64,000 bases of DNA from Octopus sinensis (GCF_006345805.1 NC_042997.1:15128001-15192000); one strand, 5' to 3'; shown: positions 24,370-40,043, counted from the stretch's first letter. Notes: generated by a model from the sequence alone, not told the origin. Made by a program: numbers and translations.

Positions 24370-24830
24370 ATGGCTACATACATTTTAGAAGAGAAGGTAA
24401 AGGATGATCAGGGTGGAGCAGGGAAGGGAGAAAATAGTGATGCGGCATCTATGTGGACCCTTAAAGGTATGAGGTGAGTAGAAGCGAATAGGGTCAGGAG
24501 GGTGGGTGGGTGGGGAAATGCTGCAAGAGGATGAGCGAGTGAGAGATGGGGGATGGGTGAAACAGTGAATATAATGAAGAATAAAGGGGAGATAGGGAAG
24601 AGCAGGGGACAACTGTAGAGATTGGATAGGGTTGAGGGGTGGATATAATGAAGGGTGTGAGTAAGGAATGGAGGGAGTGACCAATGATGCAATGGGGGAG
24701 AAGAATAGCAGAACAGTAATGATGATACAGTAGACAAAGGGAGAGAGAGAGAGAGAGAGAGAGAGAGGCAATCATAGGGCATGAGAAGGGTGAGAAATGT
24801 ATGGTGGTGCAGCAGGTGAGATGATTTGGA
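24370..24830. repeat. Purine-rich low-complexity tract with (GA)n
   Basis: Strong G/A strand bias; (GA)n at ~24741-24767. Confidence 0.8.
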
Positions 24831-25256
24831 TTGAGATAAGAATACTTGCAATATCTATGCTTGGAGACAAACTAAATGTAATTTACCAATGTACTTCAAT
24901 GCTCATTAATGATGTTATAGGTTTAGTAATGATGCTAGTAAGATAAAGACAAAGAAAAGAGAAAGAAAGAATCAAAAACAAAGACTACTATACTACTCTA
25001 GTTAACATGCAAGTACACAGCATTAAAAAGTTAAATAATTGAAAAGATAGACAACAGTTAAATCTTGGTTTATTTGCTCACTTCATTTTTAACAAGCACA
25101 TTCTTCCACTCTACCCATATTTTTATTGTTGCAAATATTTATCCCTTTTTGTGACTATATTTCATATAAAAAAATGTTCTGTTATTGTTTTTATTTTCAA
25201 AACAATATTTACAAGGGGTTTGCTGAAATAACTAAACTTAATAAAAGATGTTGAAA

Positions 25257-25648
25257 TCTATTATATAAAATCTGTTCTGTCTGTGTGTGTGTGTGTGTGG
25301 TGTGTGTGTGTGTGTGTCTTCTAGGATCTCGGGCATCCTCCATCTGATTGCGCTCAAATTTGATATGTAGATACCAATGGTATCAGGGTGTGTATAAGTC
25401 TAGAAAGAATTACAAAAATCGATTCCCCAGGTGAGAATGCGATTGATAAAGTGAATAAAATTGTTTTTCTTTGGAATAGAAAAAAAGTCTATCTTTATTT
25501 CTTCTTTTGCTGGTGTCTCAAATTCAGGTTAAATCGGTGTTTCTCAAAGGGGAGGCCTATGGGACGGTCGGACAAGTTGTTTTAAGAAAATTTAGTTTAA
25601 ATGTTTGACAACTCAGCACCGTCCATTGGACGGGGGGCGTTTTACTTG
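25257..25648 (+). mobile_element. Non-autonomous Helitron family 3 with internal (GT)n
   Basis: A|TCTATTATATAAAA start, 3' hairpin ccgtcc-att-ggacgg, terminal CTTG|T (CTRR variant). Confidence 0.6.
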
Positions 25649-26539
25649 TCTTATATAAAAATTTAAATCTAAGATTTGAATATAAATTTCAGTACTTAAA
25701 TAAAGGTGCAATTATTTTATTTTACATCCTAACCCTTGAACAACAGAATCATGGTCATAGGTTTTTAAAGGAACAATTGTTGATTCGTTGCATTTTTGAT
25801 GGTAGCTTGTAGATAAAATTAGTGGGGATGCTGCTTCAGAAAATTTTTAGCCGTTGTTTTAATATTGTGTAAAAGGAAACAAACATAAAAAGAAAATTTA
25901 TACATAAGCTTAATTGGTTCGCATTTTAGCCACAACTGGGTAGTGTGTAATTTGTTCACTGAACACTGCTGTGAATACCCCCTTGTTTTTCAAAAATTCC
26001 CCCTAAATCACAAAATAAGGGCAGAAAAATGTACCCTGTTTTTCAAATCCTGGTAACAACATTGAAGCTGGAATCAGGATAATAATCTAATTCTACACTT
26101 TATCACATTCAAGAATATAAACACGTTTTTAAGCACAACACACGTGGAGTCAAAAAGAAACACTACCTTTCACCAGGCACTGTCATTCATGCAGTGCTCT
26201 CTCTCCCTAGTGTGAAGCTTTCTATCTTGGACATGTGAGCATGCGCACAACAGTCAAATACTGAGTTGCTGGAACTGTGAAGCGCACAGTTCTTTGCAAG
26301 GACTTTTGTATTTTTTCTAGGTGATGGCTATTGATATTGAGCTTAAGGATTATATAATGTATAAGTTTAAAAAAGAATTAAAGAAGAAAGGACTCGTTAT
26401 ATTGAATGTTATTGAGTGGAAATATGGGTACTGCAGTTCCTATATATGAGCTGCCACTGGAAGCAAAAACACACACACACACTCTGAGTTTAGCAGTAGG
26501 CTTCAAAATAAACTGAATGAACACAAAATACGTGCAGTC

Positions 26540-27125
26540 CAGAAATGTAGAACAAGACTGACCCATAGTGGGAAGTGATGAAATCGAGAAGGTGAAAGTG
26601 TACATCTACTTTGAACAGACAGTAAATATATGCTGAGATATGAATGCAGAAATCTGCACAGAGTAAGAAGAAGATGGAAGGCATTTGCCTTGATTAGAAA
26701 TGTGTCCAAAGTACAGCTGGACAAGACCCTGTGTGCAAATCACTTCAATAGCACTGTCCTACGTACAAGGGCTACTGTGAAGAAAGAACCCATAACTGTC
26801 TACAATACAGAGGGCCATGGAAAAATTCATGTTAAGAATATTGTTGCTGGAGCATATCCAAAATGAGGTGATTCAAGAATGGAGTGAAGTGAATGATGTG
26901 GTCATGGAATATTGAAAGCCCAAGTTCCTCTGAGCCAGACATGTTGCAAGGTTCACAGACAACATGTGGACAGATGCAGTTGTCAAGTGGTATCCAAGAA
27001 ATTGAAAGAGACCAACCGAAAGCTTTGCAAAATGATAGGAAGATGACATATTCAAAAAATTTGGCCCAAATGGGAGAGAAGGGTGCACTCAAGAGAAGCA
27101 TGGATGCACATTATGATCAGTGGTA
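26540..27125 (+). mobile_element. Degenerate RTE LINE fragment (thumb and C-terminus)
   Basis: IEKVKVYIYF, WKAF, ANxFNSTVL and WTDAVVKWYPR across frameshifts. Confidence 0.65.
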
Positions 27126-27458
27126 AATGGTAAGGATATCCAACTGGCTGGTCGACAGAGCAATACACATACATGCATGCTTGCACCCATGCACACAATG
27201 GGTTTCCTTCAATTTCTGTCTACCAAATCCACTAATAAGGCTTTTGTCAGTCAGGAGCTATAGAATAAACTTGCCCAAGATGCCGTGCAGTGGAGTTGCA
27301 GAAAATAAATTTTTTTCTACTTTCCATACTAGGTTGTGGTTAATGGTAATTTTTTAAAAATTCATTTAAAAATTTAAATTTGGAAAAAATTATGAAATTT
27401 AATATTTTTATTTGAGAAACAAAAATATGTACTGTTTTAAAATTACAAATATACTTAC

Positions 27459-27551
27459 CGACTAATACATACTAACACTGTTACTATACATGTTAAGCAA
27501 CTAACTACAATTTTCCATGAGTCATCTATCCAATTGTAGTTTCTATAGAGC
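27459..27551 (-). CDS. DOLPP1: DOLPP1 exon 5 (LYRNYNWIDDSWKIVVSCLTCIVTVLVCIS)
   Basis: tttttcag acceptor, gtaagt donor, 93 nt, phase 2 to 2; transmembrane helix ending in the SR of motif 3. Confidence 0.92.
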
Positions 27552-28061
27552 CTGAAAAACAGAAACAAATAAAAATAAAATTCTAAAATAACAAGAAAAA
27601 TTTGATGGTCACAAATCAGACTAATTTAAATTGGAGAAAATAAATGTGAAATATACGAAATACAATTCAATTACAAGTGAAATTATATATTTTGAACACA
27701 CCAGGCAAAAAGTAAAAGAGCAAAATGTAAATATTAGTCAAAAGAAAGCAAAAAGTTTAGTGGTGTCACAAAGAAGGTAAATTTATGGATAAGGGGAGAT
27801 AATCAACTAAACTTATTGGTTCCAGAATGGCTGCAGCCCAATGACTGACATCAATTAAAATATTAAAAGAATGGATGTTCCTGGCAAGCTTTGCTTAAAG
27901 TCTGGAAAGACAGGTTTTCCAAATTATTGGCAGCTTTGCAACCAGGTGGTTTCACATTCACTCCCAAAGCATGGCACCTTGGGCAAATAATCTACTATAA
28001 CCCTAGGCCAGCCAATGCCTTGTGAGTGAATTTGATAGACAGAAACTGTGAAGAAGCCTGT

Positions 28062-28114
<53 letters not shown>

Positions 28115-29817
28115 GTTTGTATTACATTTGTCTCCTGCCACCACTTGACGACCAGTGTTGGTTTGTTTGCATCCCATAACTTAGTGGTTCAGCAAAAGTG
28201 ACTGATAGAATAAGTCACCAGGCTTAAACAAAATAAAATTGTAGGAGTCGATTTGTTCAACTAAACCGTTTGAGATAGTGCCCCAGTATGACCGGGAAAC
28301 AAGTAGAAGACAAAAGAATGCATTCCATTCACTGAGGGTGGAAACAAGGAATTTTGGCTGAAGGGAGCACCATCATCATCATCATTTAGCGTCCGCTTTC
28401 CATGCTAGCATGGGTTGGACGGTTCAACTGGGGTCTGTGAAGCCGGAAGGCCGCATCAGGCCCAGTCTGATCTGGCAGTGTTTCTACGGCTGGATGCCCT
28501 TCCTAACGCCAACCACTCCGTGAGTGTAGTGGGTGCTTTTTACGTGCCAAGTTCTTTTAGTGTTAAAGTCATGATAAACACACCATAGTTGGAGGCAGCA
28601 AACCATAACATTCCAACAACAATGACAACAAAGAACAGTGTACCAAAAAGTAAATGATATTTAAATAAAGCACCAACAATACTAGAGTGGAGAGATACTG
28701 CAAGAAAAACTAAAAGTAGTGGGCGATGAACTGGTTCCTCTAATGAATCTGAGTATTGAAATAATCAGAGCATAACACTGCTATGGTTTTCACATATCTT
28801 CATAATAACAGTAGGATAAATAAATTACTCTTTTACTTGTTTCAGTCAATTGACTGTGGCCATGCTGGAGCACCACCTTTAGTCGAGCAAATCGACCCCA
28901 GGACAATTTTCTTTGTAAGCTTAGTACTTATTCTATCGGTCTCTTTTGCCGAACTGTTATGTTACGGGGACGTAAACACACTAGCATCAGTTGTCAAGCA
29001 ATGTTGGGAGGACAAACACAGACACACAAACATATATATACACATATATATATATATATATATATACATATATACGACAGACTTCTTTCAGTTTCCGTCT
29101 ACCAAATCCACTCACAAGGCTTTGGTCGGCCCAAGTCTATAGTAGAAGACACTTGCCCAAGGTGCCACGCAGTGGGACTGAACCTGGAACCATGAGGTTG
29201 GTAAACAAGCTACTTACCACACAGCCACTCCTATGCCTAAAAATGAATTTTTAAACAATTCTTACATATTTCGGTATTCAGCCATTAAAAATAGATTGAG
29301 ATTGAAGGACAACTCAGAATCCTAATAAGAAGAAAATTCATTTGTTTCTTTAATATCTTTTTTTCTTGATAACATGGGTTTGGATGGGGGAATTATTTCA
29401 GGCAAGATTTTTATAGTTGGATGCTTTTCCTGTTGCCAAACCTTACACGGCTTTTCAAGAGATTTTCTTTTTCTCATTCTAGTGATTTTCAAAAATGCGG
29501 AGCAACTGGTCATTATACAAGGAATGTCAACATCACTGCTGTTTCGCTTAACCGGTGACAAGCATGGAATATCAACAAACATACAAATTTGTGCAGGCAT
29601 GCATACATACATGCACACATACACGCAATCAGATGTGTTTTATTCTTTTATGTATTTCATTTGAGTGTGACCCTGCAGGGTTTAGTCAAATAAATTGATC
29701 CCAGTACATGTTTTAAGCCTATTGCTCTATTGATTATTTTTTTGTTGAACCACTAAGTTACTGGGGCATAAATCAACACTGATTGTCAAGTGAGGGTGGG
29801 ATAGCAAATACAAAGAT

Positions 29818-29850
<33 letters not shown>

Positions 29851-32800
29851 ATGGGCTGCGTTCAATTTCAGTCTAACCAAATTCATTCAACAAATTTAGT
29901 CTACCAAATTCATTCACGAGGTATTAGTCAGCCTAGGGTTATAGTAGAAGACACTTGCCCAAGGTGCCACACAAGTGAGCGAAGCCAAAACCGTACCTGT
30001 ACCTAACAACAGATGAATCTTAACAGAACCACTTTCTCAGGCAATAAGATCACCTTAATTTCACCTAACATTTTATTTTGTTGAAAACCAGAGGATTGTT
30101 GTGTAAAATATGAATTTATATTGTACTATTGATTTGATATAAATAGCTGGTAATCAATAAAGAATATAGTAAGGACAAATATGATTCTCTCTCCATATGA
30201 AAACAAGACTTAATGAAGCATGTGTAAGAAGTATGAAGCTATATGGTACTGAAATATGAACAATGAGAGCAGAGTGTCTGCATCAATTGAAAAATTAGTT
30301 TTGTATTATTTATTGGATGTGCAATATTGACTTGGAAGGAAGACAAAGTGTAAGGGAATTGAGAAAGTAACTATACAGTAATAGTGTTAGCTAATGTATG
30401 CATGTATGGACATGTAGTGTATAGCCACAATGCATTGTGGAGGAAAAGTTTGCTATGAAATTGAGGAAGATGATATACATACTTTTGTAAAGGTAAATCA
30501 AAATAAACATTAATAATACATGTCAGGTATAACCAGAAAATACAAAACTATCAGATAAGAAAGTCAAGGGGTATGTCATTCAGTCTGTTAGTAAAATTAG
30601 CCAAATTTCACTAAAACCACATTCTACAATGTTGAAAATAAAAGAATATGTTAAATAGCCTGAGGCACGCTATACTTGAGAAACAAAAAGACAGGTGAAT
30701 CCTGGTTGGAATGTCTTTGATTATAGTCTATTTGGGCCTCACGGAGGCAAGGTGGCTGAGTTACTTTCGAATGGGACTCACGGAGGCGAGATGGCTGAGT
30801 TCCTCTGGAGCATTGGGCCTCATGGAGGCAAAGACCAAGACCTTTGGTAATATGTCATGCTTGAGAAGAAGACCCATCAAGCTGAGCAAAATCGCAGTTG
30901 TGGCAAATGATGATGATGATGATAATCATGCTTGACCATGGGCTAAACAACAGTAGCAGCAATATAGTTAAGGTGCACGGAAGTGTAAAAACATATCTCT
31001 ACACAAGCATGTGTGTGCAGGGGGTAGTGGGTAAATGCTATTTGAGTGAGTTTATATTAGCTGGTAATCAAAACTGTCTAGAATGTTTTCAAACATTGGT
31101 AACTAGATCACAAGCATTTAGTGGGGAAAAAAAGCCTTTACATCGTTGCCCAATCTGCAATAAATCTCCCTAAAACCATATTCTGCCATGTTAAAAACAA
31201 AAGGATATATTAAATAGTTTGTCTAGAATCTTTTGGCAATCAGATCTCATGCATTTAAGGGAAGAGTTTAGTTGATTTAATTAACTCCCAAACTTCTATT
31301 ATTTAAACACCACCTCCACTTTTCATCTCCATTGAGGAAAGGCAAAGTGGTCCAAGTAGGATTTGAACTCACAACATAGAAAGATGAAACTGAATACTTC
31401 AGTCTGATATCAATTGCTCCACTAGTCCAAGATCTTATGCTGAGTTGCCAACCACTCTTGATAAATTTTAGGAAAACTAGGTCGATGAGCATCAACCTAG
31501 TTTATTTTACTTGTCCTTAAAACAGCCACTAAAATCTTTGGGTTACAGTGAGCGCCAAATTGCTCCTAGTCATTGCATGACTACATGAAGTATCGTGGCA
31601 GAAGTAGGACAGTAAGCTAGGGAGTTGTTAGACATGCTGGTTGTTTCATGGTTTGAAATGTTTCAGTTGATTACCTCCATGCAATAGATCTGCAGAAGCA
31701 GAACTGTTGGAGATTATCGAACAACAATAATAACTAGTTTAGGAGCTGTACTTGTTTGACAAGTGACTTGATCTGAGAGCATGAGTGGCGAAACTGAAAC
31801 AATTACATTACGAAGAGTTGTTTTAACCATTTAAAAAACATACAAAAAATTATTACATTCACTTTTTGTTTATCTCTTAATAACAGCCCAATAATTTGAG
31901 AACAAAAAGAACATAAGCCTTACTCTCTGGACATATGCAATGTTTGTTGTGAAAGTGTACCCATGGTAAATATGCTAGCATTTTAACATAATGTAGCCAT
32001 AGTTAACAATTTCATTGTGCTATACACAATAAAACATTTACATAGTTTTGTATCACACTGCTTTGATGATTCCTTTTTGCATGTGCTTAGATTGGCAGCT
32101 ATGAGCATGCATTTAACTATGTCTGTCTTCAAATCTTTCCAGTGCAAAAGTTCATGGCTAGCACATACTTTAATGCTTTAATTTTCAGATTACCGTCGGA
32201 TGTAAGGCTTATTTTTTCATACTGTTTAGAATTAATCATGCATTGTCTCAAAGCTTCAAGATTGTGATGATGCAATTGTTTGTTTTTAGAATGACATTGC
32301 CGAGTACATAGGTGTGAAAAACCAGATCTGACTCATTTGAACATAAAACAGGTAGAATATTTGGGACAGACGTGACCAGTTTAAAAGATAAAGGTTTAAA
32401 TCGCTGGTACTTGTGTGCCTGATGTTGAGTTATTATCCAACATTCTGTCACACATTAATAACTTGCTGTTCCTTTGCAACCACATATACACCTACACAAA
32501 TGATATCACTCTTCACTCTACCTTTAAAATTTTGCTTATTACCATTATCCTCCTGCACCCAAGACAACTAACACCAGACATACCCCTCTCCTATGAACTT
32601 TGATTTCAAAGACATCCTGTAGCAGGGACATACTAACCTAGTCTCCTTCAACAGCACCAACACATTCGTCTACAATACATATTAGGAAAACAGTATAGCA
32701 TTATATTCTCTTTAACACCCAAATGGATACAACGAGTATCGACAATATTCAGAGGATAGAATATAGTTTCTTCAGTGTGATCTTTAATCCAGTGACATCT

Positions 32801-34196
32801 ATATATAAAGGAAGCATCTTCAAGTGACACAGTTAAGATTAAGATTATCAAAATAGGCGCAGGCATGGCTGTGTGGTTAAGAAGCTTACTTTGCGACCAC
32901 ATGGTTTCAGGTTCAATCTCACTTTGTGACACCTTGGGCTGTGAGCTGACCAATGCTTTGTGAGTGAATATGGTAGATGGAAACTGTGTAGAAGCTTGTT
33001 GCATATGTGTCTGTGTCCCCCCCCCCCATCCGCTATTTGACAACTAATGTTGGCTTGTTTACATTCCTGCAACTTAGTAGTTTGGCAAAAGGGACTGATA
33101 GAATAAGTAACAGACTTAGGAAACACAAATTGGGATTGATTTGTTCAACTGAACCCTTAAAGGCATGCTCCAGCATAGCCACAGTCTAAGGACTGAAATA
33201 AGTAAGGCTTAAAGAAAGAAAAATGATATCTTCAGTCTTTTGTTTTTTATGTTATATTAGATGCTAGCTATAAGTACCATTTTGGAATGGAGAAAGGAAA
33301 CTAGCTCACTGATGGGATTTTGAACCCCAAACCCTAGATTGCCTGTATTTGCCATTATTCATTTATCATATAAGGTGGTGAGCTGGCAGAAACATTAGCA
33401 CACCAGGCTAAGTGGTATTTCATCAGCCAAAGCGGCGAGCTGGCAGGATCGTTACCACACTGGGTGAAATGCTTAGCGGTATTTTGTCTGCTGTTATGTT
33501 CTGAGTTCAAATACTGGCGGGGTTCCACTTTGCCTTTCATCCTTTTGGGGTCGATTAATTAAGTACCAGTTACGCACTGGGGTCGATATAATCAACTTTA
33601 TCCATTTGTCTGTCCTTGTTTGTCCTCTCTGTGTTTAGCCCCTTGTGGGTAGTAAAGAAATAGGTATTTCATCTGTCTTTATGTTCTGAGTTCAAATTCT
33701 GCCACGGTTAACTTTGCCTTACATCCTTTCAGGGTCGATAAATTAAGTACCAGTTGCATACTGGGTTGATCTAATCAACTAGCCCCCTCCCCCAAAATTT
33801 CAGGCCTTGTGCGTGGAGTAGAAAAGATTATTCATTTATTATATACAGCACACCAATCTATTTCTCAGACTGGTGCTTAACAATTCATTAACTCTTGACA
33901 GTTTATTTATGAATACCAAAACATCAGTGCAAGAAAAAAAAAATGCAAATAAACTAAGAATGACATGCTCTTTTCGTTAATTATAAATATAATTGTGAAT
34001 ATAATTTTGTAAAAAAATACAAGAATCTACTTTCCACAAAATTATATTCACAATATAATGTTTTCTATGAAATAAGCTGGTTGGCGCATTTAAATTGAAA
34101 AATTGCTGACTACAGGATCTTTGTAAGGTTAAATCATTAACATGATGAGGATGATGATGATAATGATGATTATGATTGAATAAATAAAGAACTTAC

Positions 34197-34290
34197 CTAA
34201 ATAACAAAAATAAGATAAGATATGTATTAAAAAAACCCATGAACTGAGAGTGACTTGAAGGCATTCCATAAATACCAATATGAATTTGAT
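34197..34290 (-). CDS. DOLPP1: DOLPP1 exon 4 (QIHIGIYGMPSSHSQFMGFFNTYLILFLLF)
   Basis: ttttattcag acceptor, gtaagt donor, 94 nt; YGMPSSHSQFM PAP2 motif 2. Confidence 0.97.
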
Positions 34291-37200
34291 CTGAATAAAA
34301 TTTCAAAGAAAAAAAAAATTATTAGAATTTCAATAAAAAAGTTAGTTTAAAAATATATAGAAAATTTTTAAAAAACATCAAGAAAGAAGAGAAAGTATGA
34401 AATTGTTTCTGAAAATAATCTTTCAAAACAAATGATTTTTATGTACGTATTTGTATAGTTCAGTAAATTTGATAATTTTAAAAAGATAGATTTTTCTATT
34501 TGAGGAAATACAAACAGATTGAATTCAAGAAATAATAGAGGTGAGTTCCTGATCAATTACCACAAAAATAGCTAACCAAATGTATTCTTGATCATACACT
34601 GCAGATAAAAAGAGGAAGAAAAAGAACTTTTGTCTAATGTGCTTACAGTGGTGAGGATATGCACTAGAGAATAAGTGCTAAAGCATAATCTAAATTTAGT
34701 TGCTATCATAACAAATCTAACTTACTATTACAATTTATGATCAAAATTTTGTGTTTTTAATTTGATCAGAGAAATCTAAGTCATGAAATTTTCACAATGA
34801 AGTAAATTAATGTCTTATGATGTTAATTAAACTAGTCTACAATAGTTATATTAGTAGGTTTAATACAAGGAATATTAAAAAACCTGTGAAGTAATTATGC
34901 AATGAAGTAAAGATAATATTAGTCACTGATCATCATAATTTTTCTAGAAAATATGGAAGACAAATCTGGAGGACATGTTTCAGTCTTATTTTGACATCAT
35001 CAGCACTATCTTTTTTTTTTTTCAACCATCTAGCCTTAGTTACTGCCTTGACTAGAGTGAGGGTATATTTGTAACCTGACTGAGAGGGATGGGGCATGTT
35101 TCCAGCTCAGCTGAGAGCAGGGACATGATTATAGACCCACCAAGAGCAGGAACATGTTTGCTACTCTGACATGAGTATGGACATAGTCACTAACTGGCTG
35201 CAAGCTAGGACATGTTTGCGACCCAAACCATAAACGGGAGCAACGAATACCCAACTGTGTATGGAAACATAGTTATTGTTAGATAACAATGCCATCTTAG
35301 CAAAATTGAAATCAGCATCATTTAATGCCTGCTGTTCGTGTTGGCATGAGTTGGATGCTTTGACCCGAGCCAGCAAGCTGGAGATGGCATGATTTCTATG
35401 GCTAGATGCCCTTCCTAATGCCAGCCACTTTACAGAGTGTGCTGGGTGCTTTTATGTGGCACTGCATCAGTGCTTCTACATGGCACCAGCACAAGCGCTT
35501 CTTACAAGGCACTGGCACAAGATCTTACTGGCGATCCTCTTTACCAGAGGGAGTGGCTTTAATACATCTTCTGTGAAGGACAGCTCTTCTTGAGTATAGC
35601 AAGGTGCCAGGTATCTCGGTCCTTTGTCATCTTGTCTGAAAGGTTCAGTGTCCTGAGGTTGTCCTTCAGGACTTCATTCTATGTCTTCCTGGCCAATAGT
35701 AAATTAGAAAAATTAGTGTAAGAGTTCTGGGAGAAAAGTTGGGCATAAGAGGCATCAGATGTGGTGTGCAAGAGAGACTGATATGGTCATGTGATGCGTA
35801 TTGGACAGCTGAGTGAAGTGCCACACTCTAACTGGAAGGAACCTGTGGAAGAGGTAGACCCAGAATGACATGGGATGAAGTGAAGCATGATCTTTGAACA
35901 TTGGGCCTTACGAAGGTGATGACATGTTATCAAGACCTTTGTTGATTTGCTGTGTTTGAGAAGACCTGTCAAGCAAAGTGAAATTGTAGTCATGGCCAAT
36001 TGCGTGCAGGTGGCACGTAAAAAGCACTGCTTAATCGTTGGGCCTCATGGAGGAAGTGACAGGTGACTGAGACCTTTGGCGATATACTGTGCTTATGTAG
36101 ACCTGTGTCATGTCAGTGGCACATAAAAAGCACCCACTACACTCTTGGAGCATCCAGCCATAAAAACCATGCCAAATCAGACTGGAACCTGATGCATCTC
36201 CCCAGCTTACCAGTTTTCAGTCGAAACATCCAACCCATGCCAGCATGGAAAACAGATGTATGATGATGATGACAAGACAACTGCAGTCTTGGGCTGACCA
36301 AAGCCTTGAGAGTCGAAGTGGAAGAGAGAAACAGAAGGAGGCCCTTTATGTGTGTGTGTGTGTGTGTGTGTTACTGTCTCCTCGGCTTGACTTCAGGAGA
36401 CCTTTGAAAACTAATGGCATCCTCATGCAAGCAGTCTCCTTTGTTTCTAATCTTCTATGAAAGCATGTATGGTCATGGGGAATATTACCTTGCTTGGAGA
36501 CAAGTGAAGGTTGGTGAAAGGAAAGGCATCTGGCTGTAGAAAATCTGCTTCAAGAAATCCCGTCCAACCCATGCAATCATAAAAAAGCAGACATTAAAAT
36601 AATGATGGCGATAATTACACACACACTGGGACTGAGAAACTGATTAGTAGATTTGGGGATTTAATAAGTGAACAAGATGGATTCATAAATTATTGTATAA
36701 GATTCATTGTTTCATCTAGTGAGATAACCCTAAATGTCTAAGATAACTGAAATGAACAATGGTACCATACCATACTTTCCTTCGACAAAAGAAAAATAAC
36801 CGTCACAACAAAAGGTATCATATCCAAGGTTTTTTATCTTTTTATTTTTTTAAGTATCTGCTTAGAACTAAAGAAAGTGGAGCTAATTACCTCTTTATTC
36901 TTTTATCTTTTACTTGTTTCAGTCATTAGACTGGGGCACCTCCTTGAAGAATTTTAGTTGAATGAATTGACCCCAGCACTTATTTTTTTTAGAATAACAT
37001 TGTAAGGAAGATGTGAAAGGCTGAATCTGGTTAGTTCAAACATAAAACAGGTGTTAAACATAAAACAGGTATTTTGGCTGGATATGGTCAGCTTAAATCC
37101 CAAAGGGTTAACTTTGTGACCTATGACAGACTGGCTCAATCCTTCCCAGGTGGAATCTTGTGCTCTCAGCTCTCTTTAAAACTTGGATTAGCTCCAGCCT

Positions 37201-38363
37201 CATGAGCCCGTAGATTTGAGGCAGGCTTGGATATTATTACAGCCCATGTTTTAGTTTTAGTGAGCAGATATACTATAATGTGACTCATAAAGAATTTAAA
37301 GACATTGCATTTGTTAATTAACCTACTTAATATGTAATAACCTACAAAATAGTTTATTTACCAAAGTGCCACACGGATATGAAACAACAATAATCAGCCA
37401 ATCTAAATAACATAATTAAATTTTGGAACAATTACAGTCATTCTCCAGCAGATATTTAGTTCAAACATACTTTACTGGAGAGTCATGACTGCATAGGCCA
37501 ATAGAAAGAGGGCTTCTTATTCAATCACTAGTACTGTGGTATGTCTCAGAAAAATACAAGCAGCAGGAGTATTGTGAAAGTGATGAGTCTTTAACCAGTT
37601 TGTAATACCAAAATTAACTCTCTCTAGGATTATAATTTGGTAAAGAATGAATGGTTCACCAAATACATGGCGACCATCATCATTTAACATCTGATTTTCA
37701 TGCTGGTATGGATTGGAAGGTTTGAGAGGAACTGGTGAACTAAAGGACTGTGCCAAGCTCCATTGTCCGCTTTCACATGATCTCTATAGCTGGATGCCTT
37801 TCCTAACACCAACCACTTCTACAGAGTGTACTGGGTGCTTTTTGTATGGTGCCAGCACCAGTAATATGAAACAGCGCTTGGCAGGAAGATAAAATCTTTT
37901 ATGGTAACCCAGTGACCCAATATTATGTGGTACACAACCTCAACAAATAATATTTCATTGCAAGGATCATAGAATATGGATAAGCAGTAGCCAAGCTGAG
38001 TCTGCAATGTAGGTTCAATTCACATTTGAGTCGTTTTACTTCATCATAACCTGGAGAGTGATGAGATGCACTGAGTTGATAACCTTTGACACACTTCTTT
38101 GAAGCTTCAAGTGTTGACCCACAACGAACCTACTAATTAATTTCCACACCCAGATAGTTATAGAACAGTGCAGTAGATTGTTACGAAACAACTCTTCTTC
38201 TGTATGGAGATTAAAAAAAAAAATTAAGATACAGTGAAGAAAATAGATGGGCTTTTGTTGTTTTATTAATATTTATTTTGAATGGTTTGGTATACAACAT
38301 TGCACAAGTCCTGTACAGCACAGATGAAACTGACAGAGTTAATGTTCCTCTCAAAAACTTTAA

Positions 38364-38582
38364 CCCTTTAGTGTTCAGATTATTCTGTCAAATGATGTTT
38401 GTTTATTTATATTGTTTTGAATTAATCATGTATTATCTTGTAGTTTAGAGATTACAGTGATGTGTTTTTTTTAGTTTTAGAATGACATGGTAGGGCTGAG
38501 GTGAGAGGTAAGCTCTGGTCAGTTTCAATATAAAACAGGTTAAATATTCTGGCCGGGTATGGCCGGTTTGAATGCTAAAGGG
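38364..38582. mobile_element. piggyBac-type MITE family 1, complete copy
   Basis: TTAA-CCCTTTAG ... CTAAAGGG-TTAA, 219 bp. Confidence 0.88.
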
Positions 38583-40043
38583 TTAAATAAATGATTATCA
38601 GATATATATGTGCAGAGAAGGAATTTCAGTTGACTGACATTCTGAGGAGGAAGTACTGGATCTAGTGGCTAGTGCAGGACCTAAGGTGGAAGAGACACCA
38701 TATGGGTGAGGGGAGAGAGGGGAGATGAGTGAGTTGGGAGTTCCTGGATAGAGGTGGCATGAGACTAGCCAGTTGTGAAGAACTTACAGGCTGGTGTTTC
38801 TGAAAGAGTGTCAAAGGGAGCACCAGAGAGTCTGAGAGACTCCACTCCTTAAATTGCCATTGATGTTAATTCTTCTAGCATCTCCCTTTCCCAAGGTACT
38901 CACAAAGCAATGAGAGTTTGTGTTTGGGGTTTCTTCCATAACATACTAAATAACCCATAACTGGGACACTGATAGGTGCTACAACTCTATGCAGAGTAAA
39001 TCTTGGAATAACAGTTGCTAAGAGATAGCTCCACTCTCGGAGTGGTTGGCGTTAGGAAGGGCATCCAGCTGTAGAAACACTGCCAGATCTGACTGGCCTG
39101 GTGCAGCCTTCGGGCTTGCCAGACCCCAGTTGAACCGTCCAACCCATGCTAGCATGGAAAGCGGACGTTAAACGATGATGATGATGATGATGGAGCACCA
39201 GAGCTAGGGCCTCACAACCAGATACATTTTCAAGCTATATTCAGGAGGTTTTATATATAGAAACATAACTAAACTATAATATTTAATTTAGTAGCAGTTA
39301 AAAAAAAAAAAATTTAATTTGAAGATCATATTGAATACAGCTCAGCATGAAAACAATCTGATGTGATGATGAAGGCTCAATCCATATGTTACTGTTGATG
39401 TCTTCAATGTAAATTATACATCACATATCAGAGATGGAAGTCTGCAACAGGAAACCAAAGAAATAGGCTATGGTTTAGACAGTGAGAATTATGATCGTCC
39501 AAAAATAACCGTGTGGATGTTTCTATTACAAAATAAAAATATCCCAAGGAAATCAGGAAGAAAGTCATCTCCTGAAATTAGAGTTTTACATTCAGCCCCC
39601 AGGGAGCTCCTCTATGCTGATGACCTGACCCTCATAGCAGAATCATTACCGGAACTAGAAAAGAATTCAGCCATACAAAGAAAAACATTTCTAAGTAAGT
39701 ATGTTCATACATTTAACTAGAAGATTTTCAGAAGTTATATCAAAATTATATGATTGTTTCCCATACTAACATGGGTTGGACAGGTCCTTGTAAAAAGCCT
39801 TATCACTTGTTTCTGTCATTTTATTTATGATATTCAGCATCATGAACCCAACCTTCTCCACCTCTTCCACTTCTACAGGATAATACCAACTCATTTTCTG
39901 AGTGTTTAGTATATAATTTTATGCCTACCCCTTATGTTGTCTATGGTAAGGTAACTTTTATGTCCACAGTATATGTTGAGCATGGCACCATTCTGTTCTC
40001 ATGTAATAATAATGGTTTAAGAAAGTCGTCATAAAGTACTTAC

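Noticed and set aside
24385-24851. Overlapping 93-147-aa ORFs rich in Pro/Ser/Leu
   Set aside because: By-product of a purine/pyrimidine-biased low-complexity tract
35325-36275. Twin-priming inversion of one RTE
   Set aside because: Both arms have their own tails and differ in sequence; more likely two old independent insertions head-to-head
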